This document shows positions 61,301 to 64,000 of a DNA stretch of 64,000 nt, piece after piece (the first letter of the stretch is position 1; each line of letters begins with the position of its first letter). The stretch covers positions 36,028,401 through 36,092,400 of the forward strand of contig CM120641.1 in assembly GCA_051362555.1 (NCBI GenBank). Direction: 5' to 3'. The stretch comes from Lingula anatina. Lineage: Eukaryota > Animalia > Brachiopoda. A model generated the notes under the pieces. The model made no database searches. It was given only the letters and a program-made list of their open reading frames with translations, and was not told the origin of the DNA. A program made the position numbers and the translations under genes.

Positions 61301-62330
61301 TTAATAAGACCTTGAATTTGACCTTTGAACTGGGAATACGAAGTCATATATTGACAATCTTAATGTGACGTTTAATTTGACCTTTGGCCTACTTTTCACC
61401 ATGAACTGCATAATTTCCAATCTTTTATTATCATTGAACCAAAAATGGCAAAGAATGGCAAAGATAGATCCAAAGTAACTGTATTGAACTTGGAAAGAAA
61501 ATAATAAATTAGGCATCTTAGACTGGGTTCCCACAGATTTAGATCGATCCATTTGGATCGACCTAACTCCCTGGGGGTTCACACTAAATTGTTGTCAGCT
61601 TCCGAGAACTGAGTGTGCACAAGAGTTAATGACCCCCTTACAGCTTTTAGTAGGCGGGACAGACATTGAAGCCACTTAAGCTGACAGCAATCTAGTGAGA
61701 CTCCCCAGGGGGATAGATCGATCTAAATATCTGTGGGAAAGGTCTCTTAATGTGACATTGAATTTGACCTACTTTTCAATGCAAATACTTTTTGTATATT
61801 TACCAGATATTTTTCCACAACTACAATAAATACATCCATAGATTATCATTTTCTTGATTATCCATTTGATTATCAAAGCAAAAAAAAAATTACAAGTATT
61901 TATTATTCATGATATCAACAAACACAAGTACAGTGGTATCCAGATGAAATGATACAGGATCTTCATTGCCCAAGAATTGAATTTAGCATGCTGAACTTTT
62001 TTTTTCAAGGATATCAGGTTATAAACTATATGCTTTTAACCTCTATTAATTTTATATTCAGTTGTGCTCTCAACTGATCGATTTCATGTTTTGTTACTAT
62101 TGTTTAACCAGGTTGCGCAAATGTTATTCTATTGTGGTTTATACAAATATAAGCTAGTTTAAGGACAAAACTACCTGCTCCACAGACAAAAATATGTCTT
62201 TTGAAATGTTCAATTGTCAATAAATATAGATCAAAATTGTATGTAATCAGCGAGACTACAAATTAGAAATTATCGCAATTAGGATACTTACCTGGGATAT
62301 AAAGTACGTTGCGGAAGTCAGCGGAAGTCA
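60071..62330 (-). CDS. Candidate small unknown gene: non-coding exon 1 ending 62292, coding exons 60728-60868 and 60071-60241, ~103-aa S/T/Q/E/P-rich product
   Basis: Tandem GCGGAAGTCA x2 (62311-62330), perfect donor CCAG|GTAAGTAT, acceptor CCCTTGCAG (60877) 8 nt before the ATG, and two GC-elevated exon-like islands that join in frame via AAG|GTAGGG. No recognisable homology. Confidence 0.4.
61518..61745. mobile_element. Palindromic MITE-like element
   Basis: TTCCCACAGATTTAGATCGATC pairs with GATCGATCTAAATATCTGTGGGAA. Inner arms CCCTGGGGGTTCACACTA..TGTCAGCTT / AAGCTGACA..TAGTGAGACTCCCCAGGG. Confidence 0.7.
62311..62330. promoter_or_regulatory. Tandem ETS/GABP-type sites (GCGGAAGT x2) in a CpG-retaining patch
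   Basis: Exact 10-bp direct repeat, 19 nt from a consensus minus-strand donor. Confidence 0.6.
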
Positions 62331-63123
62331 GGTGGGTTTTTAATTTATTCGCACATGCTCGATGATAAACTTTGGACTGTTTATGTGTGCAATATTCATT
62401 GCGATCGTTAAAATCAGCATAGCAATTTGTCAATTTATATTTTACGATATGGGCAAATTCAATAGTAAATAACAGTCTTGAAAATCGAATGAAATCAAAA
62501 ATGGGAAATATTTTCGTTTGCTGAACAAGTTGTTATTAGGTCAAGGAGCAGGTTAGATAGAAGCCACAAAATGGTGGCTTAATTTTACTAATAACACATG
62601 GTTTGTTACCGTAAGATTTTGTAACATATCAATATATGTACAGGCACAGATCTCTGTTGCAGTTCTCTAGTCTCTGTTGCCATCACCTTGCAGTTTCAGA
62701 GATAACATGGTAAGTGTAAAACCATTTTGCCTGTTGTCTTCTTTTTTTTTGTATATATTCCATATATACAGATAACACATTTGAGAAATTATGGTTGATC
62801 TATTGTCTTCAAACTTACAAAAGTTATCAATATTACTAAAATCCAGGTCAAGTTAAAAACTAGTATGATGAGATTATTTTTCTTGAAGCATGAAGTGTTC
62901 AGTTTTCACATGTTGGCATTTGCAAGGTGTGACTTTGGACTTCCATGGGTCTGAAGGTCTTTGCTAGTCACATTTTCTAAATATCTGTGCTACCTGTAGT
63001 GCATAATTAAAGATTGGTGGAGATTATGCTGTTAAGCATTGTGTAATATTGCATCAAAATTGAAGAAAACCCCATTTGAGGCACTTCTTCTTCTATATTA
63101 CCTATTACATCGTTGGGCGTCTA

Positions 63124-63907
63124 CCCAGCGGGCAAATTATGTTATTTTAACGTTGAAACAACGTTGAACCATAACGTTGAGAAGACATTGGATAAACGTT
63201 GGATTTGAAAGTTGTGTCAACCTCAGAAAACAACATTGTAGCAATGTCAGAAAACAATGTTATATCAATCCCCACCCAGCGGGAAATTAGCCTGGGTGTG
63301 TTTAACAGTAGGACATGTTTGATGGCTAAATATATGCAGGGTATAAATGTGTGGCCTTTAAGTTAAAATTTCCAAGGTTTAGATTAATATATATAGTTCT
63401 TTTCTTATATAAGAAGATAACTACAACCATATATATATATATATCACAGTCACCTCAACCTGTCTATCTATAACAGGTTACCAAGAACTGTTAACTCCAT
63501 CACATTTACAGCAACTTATTCATCCTAGTGTTAGCTGACCTTGCAAGGAATTCAGTGTATTGGAATGTATTTCTGAATAGCAAGTTAAGAAAATTCACTT
63601 GTTAACTAAAGACACAAAACAACTGTCACTTTTACTTTAAAACCCTTTTGTTATTATTTTGATAAATTTAGTTACAGTATTGATGAACAAAGTATCACAT
63701 TTTCAATAATTAATATTTTAAATTACAATCCATAACTGCAAGGTTGTGTCATTGACCAAAATACAACGTTGAGTCAACGTCACATTATGATGGTGTTTCG
63801 ACGTGGCTGGATCAACATTGATTTTACGTGGAATTTAGGTAGATCAGCGGCAATTCAACGTATCAACCTGTTTTCAACGTTGATCCAACGCAACTATGCC
63901 TGCTGGG
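63124..63907. mobile_element. Non-autonomous element with CCC...GGG termini, TA flanks and CAACGTTG subterminal repeats (CMC/EnSpm TRC-like)
   Basis: CCCAGCGGGCA / TGCCTGCTGGG TIR, TA on both sides, and clustered AACGTTG motifs at 63149-63200 and 63765-63890. Confidence 0.75.
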
Positions 63908-64000
63908 TAGGGCGTCAACAAAGGTCCTCCACTCCTCTCTGTTTCTCGCTAGATGTTGAATTGTCCCCCAACTTTTGCCCAGTTGTTTCAATTCAGTTTC

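Noticed and set aside
763-61582. Most 60-120 aa ORFs in the supplied track
   Set aside because: They are exon fragments extended into introns, antisense shadows of real exons, or microsatellite and poly-A/T translations, many with non-ATG starts.
62284-62295. ATACTTACCTGG, identical to the U1 snRNA 5' end
   Set aside because: The following sequence does not resemble U1. It is simply a consensus 5' splice site on the minus strand.

Overview
AT-rich, intron-containing animal genomic DNA, probably from a marine invertebrate such as a mollusc or other lophotrochozoan (inferred from repeat types and gene style, not proven). It is a compact housekeeping cluster built from head-to-head pairs: GET4(-)/CDK2AP1(+), DPH7(+), MIEF/MiD49-51(-)/FLII(+), SMDT1/EMRE(-)/ADSL(+), then the first 14 coding exons of a divergent two-pore-channel-like gene (+) and a candidate small antisense gene. 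The dominant structure is an ~11 kb tandem duplication (copy A 8357-19073, copy B 19072-30171). It creates a second intact MIEF gene and places FLII LRR exons 1-9 directly upstream of DPH7 WD40 exons 4-7 on the same strand. Skipping FLII exon 9 would give an in-frame 459-aa LRR-WD40 chimera. The two copies differ by several TE presence/absence indels. Many non-autonomous DNA transposons with readable TIRs and TSDs are present. No tRNA, rRNA or CRISPR array was found. All exon models were read by eye from splice signals and translation.
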